This document shows positions 1-10,899 of a stretch of DNA of 64,000 bases, in pieces (the stretch's first letter is position 1; each line of letters opens with the position of its first letter). The notes beneath the pieces were generated by a model that was given only the letters and a program-made list of their open reading frames with translations, had not been told where the DNA came from and searched no databases. The translations under genes were made by a program, and so were the position numbers. Origin of the DNA: Dictyostelium discoideum (taxonomy: Eukaryota); the NCBI GenBank assembly GCA_000004695.1, contig CM000150.2, positions 2,400,001-2,464,000 on the forward strand. The letters are read 5' to 3'.

Positions 1-2819
1 ATTCATCACCATTACAACTTAAACATGATTTTCCCGATCACATCATCTCTGTCACCAAACGAGGAAATGGTGTAATCATCATTAACCATAACCCAAACAC
101 ACTCAAACTCAAACACATATCAACAATTGATGGTAGAGCTATTTTAGCAGACGTTATATTTCCAAATCAATTACCAATTGGTATTCTTGGAATTTACGCA
201 CCAGCATCAAATAATACCATCAAAAAGAATTCATATGCAACTTCACTACAAACACTTCTCCACAACCACTCAACAAACCCAATACCAAACCAATCCCAAC
301 ATGTATCTATTATCGCAGGAGATTTCAACTGTATCCACAACGACAATTCACTATTAGATGATATTATCCAATCCTACACATACCAACACCATCTAATTGA
401 TCAAGGTGAATTTAAAAACACTCCAACTCATACACATGGTAACAGATTAGATAGAATATATACTCAATACAATAGAATAGACCCTGAAAATATATATACT
501 CAAGTCCACCAAATTCCATCTTCATTATCAGATCATAATCCAATATCAACAACATTTTCTTCACCTTTTCAAATAAATAAACATAAGAAAAGATGGATAT
601 TATCACCTGGTACTGCAAATGACCATGAAGCAATCAATATTATCAATCATTTAATAACTAATCACAATAACACATCAATCAATCAATTTACAAATTGGTC
701 AAAAGTAAAATCAAAAATTATTAAAACTCTAAAAAACTATCAATATAACAAAGACAAACAAACTCAACGTGCAAAACAAATACTATTAGAAAAAGCAGCA
801 AAATTCAAACATCTTGAAGAACAATGCATCGCTGAATACAATATTATATGTAACAAAAACAAATTACATCAAAACCACACAAACATATTAAAAAAACATA
901 TAAATGGAGAAATACCTAGCAAGTATCTATCAGCAATACTAAACAAAAGATCAAAAGATGCAAAAATTGAATCAATCCAATATGGTAACATCATTACATC
1001 CGACCCCGACCAAATTGAAAATGCGTTTGTTGAATTCTACACAAATCTATATAGCTTACAAATATGTTGTCCAATTACTCACCAGCTCATGCTAAACACA
1101 TGGCCCATCATAAAAAATGAATATTGGAATGGTTTAGACTCACCATTTATACAAGATGAAGTTGAAGCTGCAATTAAAACCTGTAACCCCAACAAATCAC
1201 CCGGTCCAGATGGCGTTACAAATGCATTCTACATTAATCATTTAAACCAAGTTAAACCAATTCTCACTACATTATTCAACGATATACTAGAAAATCCTCA
1301 CCACATCACAACAGAATTCACAGAAGGTCTTATACACACAATATACAAGAAAGGCAACCCCTTACTCATATCAAATCGTCGTCCCATTACACTTCTAAAC
1401 ACTGATTACAAGATCCTCTCAAAAGTAATCAATGCACGTCTTCTGAGAATACTTCCTTTCATCATCAACAACAACCAAACTGGTTTCGTACCCCACAGAT
1501 TCATCATAGACAACATCATCAACATCAATGAATTAATCAACTACCTCAAATCTAAAAACCTCCCTGGTATCATCACACTATTTGACTTCTTTAAAGCATT
1601 TGATTCTATCTCTCACGATAGCATTAAAAGAACATTAATTCATATTGGTATACCAATAAAATTAATAAATTTAATCCACAAGCTATTATCTGACTCACAA
1701 GCAAAAATTTCAATTAATGGTAAAACGACCAGAAAATTCGATATTAAAAGAGGTGTAAAACAAGGTGACCCAATCTCAGCCACTTTATTTGTAATTGTAA
1801 TTGAAATATTAGCAAGAACAATAAATGCAGACAATTCAATAATTGGATTACCAATTTCACCCAATCCACAAATTAAAATTAAATTTACCCAATTTGCAGA
1901 CGACTCTACAACATACAACATCAACTACGAACAACAACAACAATCAATCAAACATTTCGATAATTTCTGCGCTTCAACATCATCATCATTAAATTTTGAC
2001 AAAAGTGCAATAATAGAAATCAACCCCCACAAAATCACTGATAAACACATAATAAACAACATTCCACAATCAAAAAGAATTCCAATAACCAAAAAAGATC
2101 AATCAGAAAGAGTTCTTGGCTATTTCTTTAATCATAATGGTTTACATAGGAAATTACCAGAAACAATGAAAACACTGATTAAATCATTAGTGCTATGGAA
2201 AACTAGTGGCACAACATTAAAAACAAAAACAACCATCATAAACACCTACTCACTATCACCAATAACATATTTATCATACCTTGAAGAATTTACAAAAGAT
2301 GAAGAAATTCAAATTAATAAATTAATCTCATGGTTTATGAATTCTCCCGCAAATTCTGAATCACCAACTCTCGATACCAATTCCATTGAAAAAAACACAT
2401 CAACCATCCATTCACGTGCAAAAATACCTTTGATGTGTTATGATAGATCATTAAAACCATTAAAAGAAGGTGGTTGGGGTATGTGGAATATACAATTACG
2501 ACAAGTTGCTCAAAAGATTTGGATATACAACAGATTTTTACAAATGCATAAATCTGCAAACAATTCAATATACATGATAAGTTGGATGGATCAAATCATC
2601 AACAAATCAATCTCTTCTCCATACCTTATAAAAATCAAAAAAGAATGGGAAAACTATGCAACTCAAATTGGACATCTAAAAGATAAAGTTCAAATCCTAC
2701 AACCAATATTAACAAAAAACCAACCCTCTCAAACATTAAACACAAATAATATTTCACTACCACCAACACTCAAAGAAATCTACTCGACAATACTAAACAA
2801 TCACCAATGCAAATCAAAA
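1..2819 (+). CDS. Non-LTR retrotransposon ORF2 fragment (AP-endonuclease domain, then reverse transcriptase), probably the TRE5-A family. The 5' end is cut by the window edge and the 3' end is lost in the N gap.
   Basis: There is a continuous frame from base 3 with no stop. Residues include IIAGDFNC and SDHNPIST (endonuclease/exonuclease/phosphatase motifs), then the RT core (NRRPITLLNTDYKILSK, FDFFKAFDSISHD, RGVKQGDPIS, QFADDS). The ORF track only begins at the first ATG (1089), but the frame is open upstream. The RT is the same subfamily as the 25800-27457 copy and differs from the TRE3-type ORF2s. Confidence 0.75.
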
Positions 2820-2919
2820 NNNNNNNNNNNNNNNNNNNNNNNNNNNNNNNNNNNNNNNNNNNNNNNNNNNNNNNNNNNNNNNNNNNNNNNNNNNNNNNNN
2901 NNNNNNNNNNNNNNNNNNN
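2820..2919. other. Assembly gap (100 N)
   Basis: A run of n characters. The flanks are retroelement ORFs on opposite strands, so the gap joins two different element copies. Confidence 0.95.
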
Positions 2920-3725
2920 GGTGGTTCGATAGGTTTTTCTGATTTTGTTTTAATTTCTTGATTGTTTATCGATTGTGTATTGATCTCATTCTCTATTCTT
3001 GTTAGTTCATCTACGTTTTCTAGTGATGCTTCTATTACCTTTTGAGCTGTATCATCTAGGGCCATAAATGTTTTATCATTAGATGAGGATGTGATTGGTG
3101 GGATAATGATTGTTCTTTTTCCTTGTTTTGGTATTTGTTCTGATGTAGATTGTGGTTGTTGTTCATCTGATTGTTTTTTATTTTTGTTTTCTTCTTGATT
3201 TTCTGGTAATGAGGTTTGATCTCTCCATCCTTTGTTGGAGTGTCCAATTAATGTTAGATTGTCTAGTTCAATGATAGTGTCAAATTCTTCTACGACTCTT
3301 TTCACTGTTTTGATAATTAGAGTTTCGCCTTTAATTTCTGATTTAATTAGTTTACATCCTTCATTTTCTATTACCCATTCTATTTCTGTGAGTGATTTAT
3401 ACCAATCAAAATCTGTATACATATTTTTTGGTCTTATAGTGGTTATAAATTGTCCTTTTAATTCTGCATCAAACATATTTACAAAATAGATTACTGTACT
3501 AATACTGTCTGTGAGAATTTTGAATGTATTATTACTTTTGATTAAAACATCTTTTTTGTCCAAACTTTTTTCTAAATCTTTTTTTATTTTATCGTCTGGT
3601 TCGTGATTGATGTTTATGACGTATTTGAATTGTTTTTTTTTTAATTGAGTTTTATCCACAATTTCGCTTATTTTTTGTAGGCATTTGTGTTGCTTAATAT
3701 TTGTGGTGTTGTTTGTGATTTTCAT
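2920..3725 (-). CDS. TRE5-A-type ORF1 (MKITNNTTNIKQHKCLQKISEIV...), C-terminal end lost in the N gap
   Basis: The same ORF recurs at 25241-25771 (C-terminal part ending ...EPPSPYNTPIK). Its first ~90 codons are also present in each B-module copy (12385-12660, 27593-27865). The track ORF 2814-3725 runs through the Ns. Confidence 0.6.
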
Positions 3726-3802
3726 TTTATTTTCTTTCTATCTTTTTTATTTTTCTTTAAAAAGTTAAAAATCTGGAAATTTTCTAATTAACTTGGTTCC
3801 CA

Positions 3803-3848
<46 letters not shown>

Positions 3849-3851
<3 letters not shown>

Positions 3852-4690
3852 TCTTTTTTATATGAAAAATGAAATAATCAAAAAAAGAGATTGTTGTTGT
3901 TGTTTGTTTTTTTCGATCTGATTATTTTTTGCTTTTTTTTTGAAAATTTTGCTACGCAAAATTCTCAAAACGAAACAAATAATAAATTACAATAAAGTAA
4001 AAAGATGGCTTTTTAAAATAGTTTATTTATTTATTTATTTGTTTTTTAAGTCTTTTTTATATGAAAAATGAAATAATCAAAAAAAGAGATTGTTGTTGTT
4101 GTTTGTTTTTTTCGATCTGATTATTTTTTGCTTTTTTTTTGAAAATTTTGCTACGCAAAATTCTCAAAACGAAACAAATAATAAATTACAATAAAGTAAA
4201 AAGATGGCTTTTTAAAATAGTTTATTTATTTATTTATTTGTTTTTTAAGTCTTTTTTATATGAAAAATGAAATAATCAAAAAAAGAGATTGTTGTTGTTG
4301 TTTGTTTTTTTCGATCTGATTATTTTTTGCTTTTTTTTTGAAAATTTTGCTACGCAAAATTCTCAAAACGAAACAAATAATAAATTACAATAAAGTAAAA
4401 AGATGGCTTTTTAAAATAGTTTATTTATTTATTTATTTGTTTTTTAAGTCTTTTTTATATGAAAAATGAAATAATCAAAAAAAGAGATTGTTGTTGTTGT
4501 TTGTTTTTTTCGATCTGATTATTTTTTGCTTTTTTTTTGAAAATTTTGCTACGCAAAATTCTCAAAACGAAACAAATAATAAATTACAATAAAGTAAAAA
4601 GATGGCTTTTTAAAATAGTTTATTTATTTATTTATTTGTTTTTTAAGTCTTTTTTATATGAAAAATGAAATAATCAAAAAAAGAGATTGA
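3849..4690. repeat. 199-bp tandem repeat, about 4.2 units (A-module array of TRE5-A)
   Basis: The unit aagtcttttttatatgaaaaatgaaataatc... restarts at 3849, 4048, 4247, 4446 and 4645 (period 199). The same unit in reverse complement is found at 12003-12290 and 24915-25250. Confidence 0.85.
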
Positions 4691-4736
4691 AAATAAATAA
4701 ATAAATAAATTGTTTTAATCTCAAAAATTCAAAAAT

Positions 4737-4808
4737 GGCTCCTTAGCATAGTGGTATTGCGCTTCCCTAGTAAGGAAGAGGTCATGAGTTCGATCCTCAT
4801 AGGAGCCT
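4737..4808 (+). tRNA. tRNA-Thr (anticodon AGU)
   Basis: GGCTCCT/AGGAGCC acceptor stem; A box TAGCATAGTGG; anticodon stem CTTCC/GGAAG with loop CTAGTAA; T arm ATGAG-TTCGATC-CTCAT (B box GGTCATGAGTTCGATCC). Folded by eye. Confidence 0.8.
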
Positions 4809-4820
4809 TTTAAACCAAAG

Positions 4821-4847
4821 GGATAAAAATCGCAGGTTCGATTCTAG
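4821..4847 (+). promoter_or_regulatory. External B box (exB) about 25 bp downstream of tRNA-Thr
   Basis: ggataaaaatcgcaGGTTCGATTCtag matches the B-box consensus GGTTCGANTCC without a tRNA body. Dictyostelium tRNA genes commonly carry an extra B box downstream. Confidence 0.5.
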
Positions 4848-4931
4848 TTCAAAAATATTCTGAACCTATTCATTTTTAAATTTAAATTAAAATTAATAAA
4901 ACTAGTTTTATTATTGGTTATTTCCTAAAAT

Positions 4932-7386
4932 AAGCATGGGATATCAAATTAAAACTCCACCTGCATCAAGAAACACCAAGCAAATACCTCACAAGTATCC
5001 TTAAATCCAGAGCCAAAGATAAATCAATATTCCAAATAAAAGATAAAGATAATAAGACCATATCAGATAAAGAGAACATAGCAAAAAGATTTGTTGAATT
5101 CTATCAAGATCAATATGAAGAGAAAGAAGATAACGAAGAAACCCACAAGAAGTTATTAGAAAAATGGGAAGTAGACGTTGATTTAATCAAGAAACTCGAG
5201 ATAGACAGACCGTTAAGAATACATGAAGTGACCAAAGCAATCAAAACTTCAAGTATCCACAAATCTCCAGGTTTAGACGGTATCAATGCACTATTCTACA
5301 AGTACCACATCAACTCAATAGCAAGAATATTGACTATAGCTTTCAACGACCTCCTCACAAATAAGAAAGAAATCCCCACAAAATTCAAAGAAGGAGTAAT
5401 AACAACAATATTCAAAACAGGAGATGAACTAAACATTTCAAATAGAAGACCAATCACCCTTCTCAATACAGATTACAAAATTTTAAGCAAAATTCTCAAC
5501 AGTAGATTATTAGATATCACCAGTAAAATTATCAACAAATTTCAAAACGGCTTTGTTCCAAACAGGTTCATCCAAGACAATATTCAGATCATGAAGGAAG
5601 TAATAGAAATAAGTAACAAAAGAAAGAACAATACACTCATTACCTTTTACGATTTTAACAAAGCATTCGATTCAATCAGCCACAAGAGTATCACAAGAAC
5701 ATTAGAGCATATTGGTATCCCCCCAAAATTCACAGCGATCCTACTAAACCTACTCAAAGATACTAAAAACAAAATAAAGATCAACGACTTTTTAGTCAAT
5801 GGAATAACAATCAGAAGAGGAACAAAACAAGGAGACCCAATATCACCAACAATCTTTGCTCTAGTTTTAGAACCACTTCTAATAGATATCATCAATGATA
5901 ATACAATCAAAGGCTTCACTCTACCAAATTCCAAATCATTAAAACTCACTGCATTTGCTGACGACATAGCAACATTTACAAACTCCACAGAAGAACTAAT
6001 GAAAATTAATACTAAAATCCAAAAGTACTGCTCAGCAACATCATCATCGTTAAACAAAGAGAAAACAGTAATGATAGCAATAGGAGATAAACCACACGAT
6101 CTACCATTCCAAGAGAGTACAGTCCCAGAAAGATATCTTGGCCTCAATTTCACCAAAACAGGTTTAAATTCAAAATACAACACTTTAATCCAAGAAATGA
6201 AAAACAATCTAATCAAATGGAAATCACAAGCAATAACGATGAAGGCAAAGATGACAATTCTCAAAACATACGTTCTATCCAAATTAACATACCATCAATA
6301 CATGGATAATCTAAATGAAGAACAAATTGAGGAAATCAATAACATGACCAGATGGTTCTTATTCTCCTCAGTTAAGAATACATATACAGAAGAGAGAAAA
6401 TACAAAACTATGATGAAAATAGACAGAGCATATGCAGATTGGAAAGAAGGAGGCATAAAATTATGGGATATAGAACTAAGACATATAGCATTCAAAATCT
6501 GGTACATGAACAGGCTACTCCATAACAACTACAACAACAACAACAATACCTTACAAGAATGGTACATGGAGCAATTAAGTAGAAAAAAAGCCCACACTTC
6601 AACCCTCAACGATATGTGCAGACACTGGGGTGTATTCAGAGTCAAATTTTACCAAAACCATCCAAAGATAAATGAACTTCCAGGCTGTATAAGAAACGAC
6701 AATGACGAACCACTAAAACTAAAAGAAATTTACGAACTCATGATCAAAGACAGACACCCAACACCAAGAAGAACAGAATGGCAGAAGTTATGGGCGGTGA
6801 GATACAACACAGCAATACCCAAAGTATTCATAAACATCAACAGCATTTCTCACCAAAAAGGTAGAAACACCCTCTTCAGATTCTTCTCAAGATCACTTCC
6901 AGGTATCAACCACGAAAGAGACACCAGATGCAAGATCTGTGGCCACCTATTCAGAGACCCTTATTCTCACCTCTTCACTCTATGCCAAGATATCCTAGAT
7001 ATTGAAAAAACCATCATATCAACAGTTAACAAATTATCATTCATCAAAATCCACAGATGGTCAATGGAAACCTTAGACATATCAAAATACAACAGAACTG
7101 AGAGAATCTTCCCCAATCTCATAGGAATAATAGCACACCAATTATGGAAGATAATCTGTCACAAATTGTTCAACACTGATGAAAGCAAACCAGAGCCAAA
7201 ATTCGAGCAAAAGGTCATAGAAACAGAATTACTAAATCTCATCGAAACTGAAAAATTCATCACACTAAAGAAAATCAAACACGACGAAGCAATACTAAAA
7301 AACACCAATCAAGATCTTCACAAATACAAATTCAACAAAGCCTGGCAAACCCCAGTAGTTCCGAACCCTCTTCCAATTTAAGTAGT

Positions 7387-7427
<41 letters not shown>

Positions 7428-7542
7428 GTTTAAAAAATTTAATACAATTGAATAATAAAAATAAAATCGTTTAACAAACACCGCCGAAAAGACACAAGGA
7501 CATTCCTTGAAGGTCTGATCACAGGTAAAAAAAAAAAGGTTA
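4932..7542 (+). mobile_element. TRE3-type non-LTR retrotransposon, 5'-truncated copy (2.6 kb). It carries the ORF2 RT plus C-terminal CCHC finger, an internal A-run, a ~130-bp C-module-like 3' UTR and terminal oligo(A). It is flanked by a 16-bp target-site duplication.
   Basis: ggttatttcctaaaat occurs at 4916-4931 and again at 7543-7558. The element ends ...ccaatttaagtagtagta(A)28 ...aaggacattccttgaaggtctgatcacaggta(A)11. It lies 124 bp downstream of tRNA-Thr (about 85 bp downstream of the exB box) in the same orientation, which is the TRE3-like position. Confidence 0.7.
4934..7381 (+). CDS. ORF2 fragment (reverse transcriptase + C-terminal zinc finger) of the TRE3-type element
   Basis: The frame is open from 4934 (after a TAA). 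It is about 70% identical in protein sequence to the complete 1149-aa ORF2 at 20227-23676. Motifs: HKSPGLDGINA, NRRPITLLNTDYK, FYDFNKAFDSISH, TKQGDPISP, FADD, and the C-terminal CKICGH...H...C finger. The track start at 5228 is a GTG. Confidence 0.7.
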   Translation, partial: AWDIKLKLHLHQETPSKYLTSILKSRAKDKSIFQIKDKDNKTISDKENIAKRFVEFYQDQYEEKEDNEETHKKLLEKWEVDVDLIKKLEIDRPLRIHEVTKAIKTSSIHKSPGLDGINALFYKYHINSIARILTIAFNDLLTNKKEIPTKFKEGVITTIFKTGDELNISNRRPITLLNTDYKILSKILNSRLLDITSKIINKFQNGFVPNRFIQDNIQIMKEVIEISNKRKNNTLITFYDFNKAFDSISHKSITRTLEHIGIPPKFTAILLNLLKDTKNKIKINDFLVNGITIRRGTKQGDPISPTIFALVLEPLLIDIINDNTIKGFTLPNSKSLKLTAFADDIATFTNSTEELMKINTKIQKYCSATSSSLNKEKTVMIAIGDKPHDLPFQESTVPERYLGLNFTKTGLNSKYNTLIQEMKNNLIKWKSQAITMKAKMTILKTYVLSKLTYHQYMDNLNEEQIEEINNMTRWFLFSSVKNTYTEERKYKTMMKIDRAYADWKEGGIKLWDIELRHIAFKIWYMNRLLHNNYNNNNNTLQEWYMEQLSRKKAHTSTLNDMCRHWGVFRVKFYQNHPKINELPGCIRNDNDEPLKLKEIYELMIKDRHPTPRRTEWQKLWAVRYNTAIPKVFININSISHQKGRNTLFRFFSRSLPGINHERDTRCKICGHLFRDPYSHLFTLCQDILDIEKTIISTVNKLSFIKIHRWSMETLDISKYNRTERIFPNLIGIIAHQLWKIICHKLFNTDESKPEPKFEQKVIETELLNLIETEKFITLKKIKHDEAILKNTNQDLHKYKFNKAWQTPVVPNPLPI

Positions 7543-7941
7543 TTTCCTAAAATGGATAAACTTTAATTAAGAAAACTTTAAACTGTCTTCATCAAAAATC
7601 ACATCAGGCAAATTAAAAATATTAAAAATCAAAAAATCAACGACTATTCTATACCAAACACAGTTTTACCAAAACAGAGTATTTGTAGATCAATTTATTT
7701 AAGATATAGTAACTCTAAAATAATATAGCATACTATTTTATTATTGAAATATTTAATTAACTAATCCTATAAATTTAAAAATATAAATAAACAAAATAAA
7801 CAACATTTGGAGCTTCTACAAATCTAGAAAATAATTAATCTAAAAAAAAAAAAAAAATAAAATAAACTTTGGTTAAGTCAATGCTAAAAAAAAAAATCAA
7901 ACCAAATGAAGGATACCACTTTAAAACTAAAAAATATTCAT

Positions 7942-7978
<37 letters not shown>

Positions 7979-8348
7979 ATATTTTTTAATTTTTTTTTTT
8001 TTTTAATAAAAATTTTCAAAGAATTAACCCAATCACACATGTCCCAAAATTATTATGACAATACAGACTTTCTTTCTTTCACATTCTAAAATGAAATCGA
8101 ATTAATTTCATTCTTTTTGATAATGGTTTATTTTCGATGTTTTGATTTTATTTTTATATTTAAACTCTTTAATAATTTTAATTTTTATTAATCAATCAAA
8201 CATAAATTTAATATATACATATAATAAATATAAATAATTATAAATTAATAAATAATAATATTAAAAAAATCATATATTAATAATATAAATAAATAGCCAT
8301 AAATTAAAAATCATTTTTTTAAAAAAAAATATATATTTAAAAAAAAGA

Positions 8349-8934
8349 ATGACAAAATTAAAAGTTGGAAATATTGCACCAGATTTTGAAGCTAAAAATT
8401 ATTTAGGTCAAACAGTTACATTAAAAGAATTTAAAGAAAAGAGTCAACCAATCGTTTTATATTTTTATCCAAAAGATAATAGTCCAGTATGTACAAAAGG
8501 TAAGTCAATTTATATTAAATGTTTTTTTTTATTTTTTTTTTTAAATTACTAATAATAAATAACCTTTTTAATATAATAATTCATACATACATACAAACAC
8601 ACACATATATATCAATATAGAGAGTTGTGAATTTAGAGATAAATATCAAAAGTTTATAGAAGCAGGCGCAGAAGTAATCGGAGTCAGTAGCGATGGTGAG
8701 GATAGTCATAAATCATTCGTTTCAAAATATTCATTACCATTCACATTATTAACAGATAAACATAGTAAATTAGCCAAGTTATATGGTGTCAACGGTATAT
8801 TATTACCAGGTAGAAAAACATTTATAATTGATAAACATGGTATTATAGCTGGTATTCATGATGGTTTACTCAGCTCAACTTCTCATATCGATGAATCTTT
8901 AAAAATAATTGAAAAATTAAAATCACAAATCTAA
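8349..8934 (+). CDS. Peroxiredoxin of the BCP/PrxQ type (thioredoxin fold), copy 1. Two exons: join(8349..8499,8621..8934).
   Basis: [50 protein letters not shown], then [48 protein letters not shown].... This is the BCP signature (P..D.TPVCT.E...FRD). Intron 8500-8620 (gtaagt...atatag), phase 1. Confidence 0.75.
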
Positions 8935-9081
8935 ATAATAATTTTTATAATAAATTGTACATGCCCACCCACCTTTGTAATTTTTTTTTATAATAAATTG
9001 TAAATTTTTACGTTTTATAATAACTCCAATATTTCTTAAAGTTTAAATAATTTATTTAAAAGTTTTTTAAAAAATTTAAAA

Positions 9082-9116
<35 letters not shown>

Positions 9117-10093
9117 ATATTTAAAACATAAAGTTCTTCTGAAAGCCTGTAAAGGTTTTGAAAAGTTATATGGTAACAATTGTTATTATTTTTAGATTTG
9201 TTTTTTCTTTAAAAGTTCATAACTAAATCTAATCTTTTGAGTGTTGTAATATAATTGTGTAATAATTAAATTGTTACAATAAAATAATGTTTTATCAACA
9301 TATTAAATTAGATATAATCTCGCTCTCAAACTAAAATAATTTATGATTATAATTAGACTTTTCTCACCTAGGTGGGAAAAAGCCACTTGGTGAGTTTTTA
9401 ATGTCGATTGAAAAACTTATAAACATAATTTCAAATCTCAAATATAAAAAGTAAAAATTTTCAATAGTAAAAGACATTCATAATAAATTTTAGATTTTGT
9501 CGATAACATCAACTTATTACTTTATTTTTATTTATATATATTTATTTATTTATTTTAATTTTATTTTTCTATTACAAGATTCTGATAAAACATGAGCAAT
9601 AATTTAGGCGAGTATTTTTAACTAATTTTATTTAACTAATAAATCATTTATATAAATTATTGTGTTAATGTTCAACATTTGAGGGTATATTTGATAAATC
9701 CTGAAATTAAAAGATAACTAACCAAAAAATTTATAATTTTAAAAAAGAGAGGGAAGAAGAGCAACTAAATTATTTATTAATAATAACACAAACCTACTCT
9801 AATAGATCAAATTACAAAAACATTATTATTTTCATCTTTTTTAAATACCTTTTTTTTTTTTTTTGGAATATTTAAAAAAAAAAAAAAAGATAAATAATGT
9901 TTTGCGTTTGATGTATTAATACACAAAATCACAGAAATATTTTTGAATTTTTTTTTTTTTCAATATTTCATTCCTAATTTTTTACTTCTTTTTAATTAAA
10001 ACCATCATTTTTTAACTTTTGGTGGCACTAATGATGGCACCAATGCCAAAAATCTTTTATTAGTTTTTTTAAAGAAATTTCATTATCTTTTCT

Positions 10094-10208
10094 TTTTTTT
10101 TTTTTTTTTACCTGTGATCAGACCTTCAAGGAATGTCCTTGTGTCTTTTCAGCGGTGTTTGTTAAACGATTTTATTTTTATTATTCAATTGTATTAAATT
10201 TTTTAAAC

Positions 10209-10254
<46 letters not shown>

Positions 10255-10847
10255 ACTACTTAAATTGGAAGAGGGTTCGGAGCTGCTGGAGTTTGCCAGG
10301 CTTTGTTGAATTTGTATTTGTGAAGATCTTGATTGGTGTTTTTTAGTATTGCTTCGTCGTGTTTGATTTTCTTTAGTGTGATGAATTTTTCAGTTTCGAT
10401 GAGATTTAGTAATTCTGTTTCTATGACCTTTTGTTCGAATTTTGGCTCTGGTTTGCTTTCATCAGTGTTGAACAATTTGTGACAGATTATCTTCCATAAT
10501 TGGTGTGCTATTATTCCTATGAGATTGGGGAAGATTCTCTCAGTTCTGTTGTATTTTGATATGTCTAAGGTATCCATTGACCATCTGTGGATTTTGATGA
10601 ATGATAATTTGTTAACTGTTGATATGATGGTTTTTTCAATATATAGGATATCTTGGCATAGAGTGAAGAGGTGAGAATAAGGGTCTCTGAATAGGTGGCC
10701 ACAGATCTTGCATCTGGTGTCTCTTTCGTGGTTGATACCTGGAAGTGATCTTGAGAAGAATCTGAAGAGGGTGTTTCTACCTTTTTGGTGAGAAATGCTG
10801 TTGATGTTTATGAATACTTTGGGTATTGCTGTGTTGTATCTCACCAT
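10094..10847 (-). mobile_element. TRE3-type element, 5'-truncated 0.75-kb copy (ORF2 C-terminus + C-module-like 3' end + oligo(A)), with a 15-bp TSD
   Basis: RC of the same 3' end as 7260-7542 (cctgtgatcagaccttcaaggaatgtccttgtg...). T-run at 10094-10111. TSD tttcattatcttttc at 10079-10093 and 10848-10862. Confidence 0.7.
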
Positions 10848-10899
10848 TTCATTATCTTTTCAGTTACAATAAAAAATTAAAAAAAAAAAATTAAAAAAA

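Larger units (their letters stand above)
2920..4690 (-). mobile_element. TRE5-A (DRE)-type retrotransposon, 5' portion. In element orientation it runs: tandem A-modules, oligo(A), B-module with the ORF1 start, then ORF1. It is head-to-head with tRNA-Thr, with its 5' end 46 bp upstream of the tRNA 5' end.
   Basis: 199-bp units at 3849-4690; T-run 3797-3848; RC of the leader cctgggaacccaagttaatcagaaaatttccag at 3726-3796; ORF1 2920-3725. The same A(n)-oligoA-B-ORF1 architecture recurs at 12003-12400 and 27460-27600. Position and orientation match published TRE5-A behaviour (integration ~48 bp upstream of tRNA genes). Confidence 0.6.

Noticed and set aside
412-633. 73-aa minus-strand ORF
   Set aside because: It is antisense to the continuous plus-strand ORF2 of the retroelement, has AT-rich low-complexity composition, and has no motif.
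1640-2568. Minus-strand ORFs 1640-1924 and 2335-2568
   Set aside because: Antisense shadow ORFs inside the reverse-transcriptase coding region.
5647-6528. Minus-strand ORFs 5647-6282 and 6295-6528
   Set aside because: Antisense to the TRE3-type ORF2. Hydrophobic low-complexity translations are typical of antisense AT-rich coding DNA.
9360-9400. Short hairpin ctcacctaggtggg-aaaaag-ccacttggtgag, considered as a tRNA or ncRNA remnant
   Set aside because: There is no acceptor, A box or B box architecture. It is an isolated 12-bp imperfect palindrome in an AT-rich spacer.
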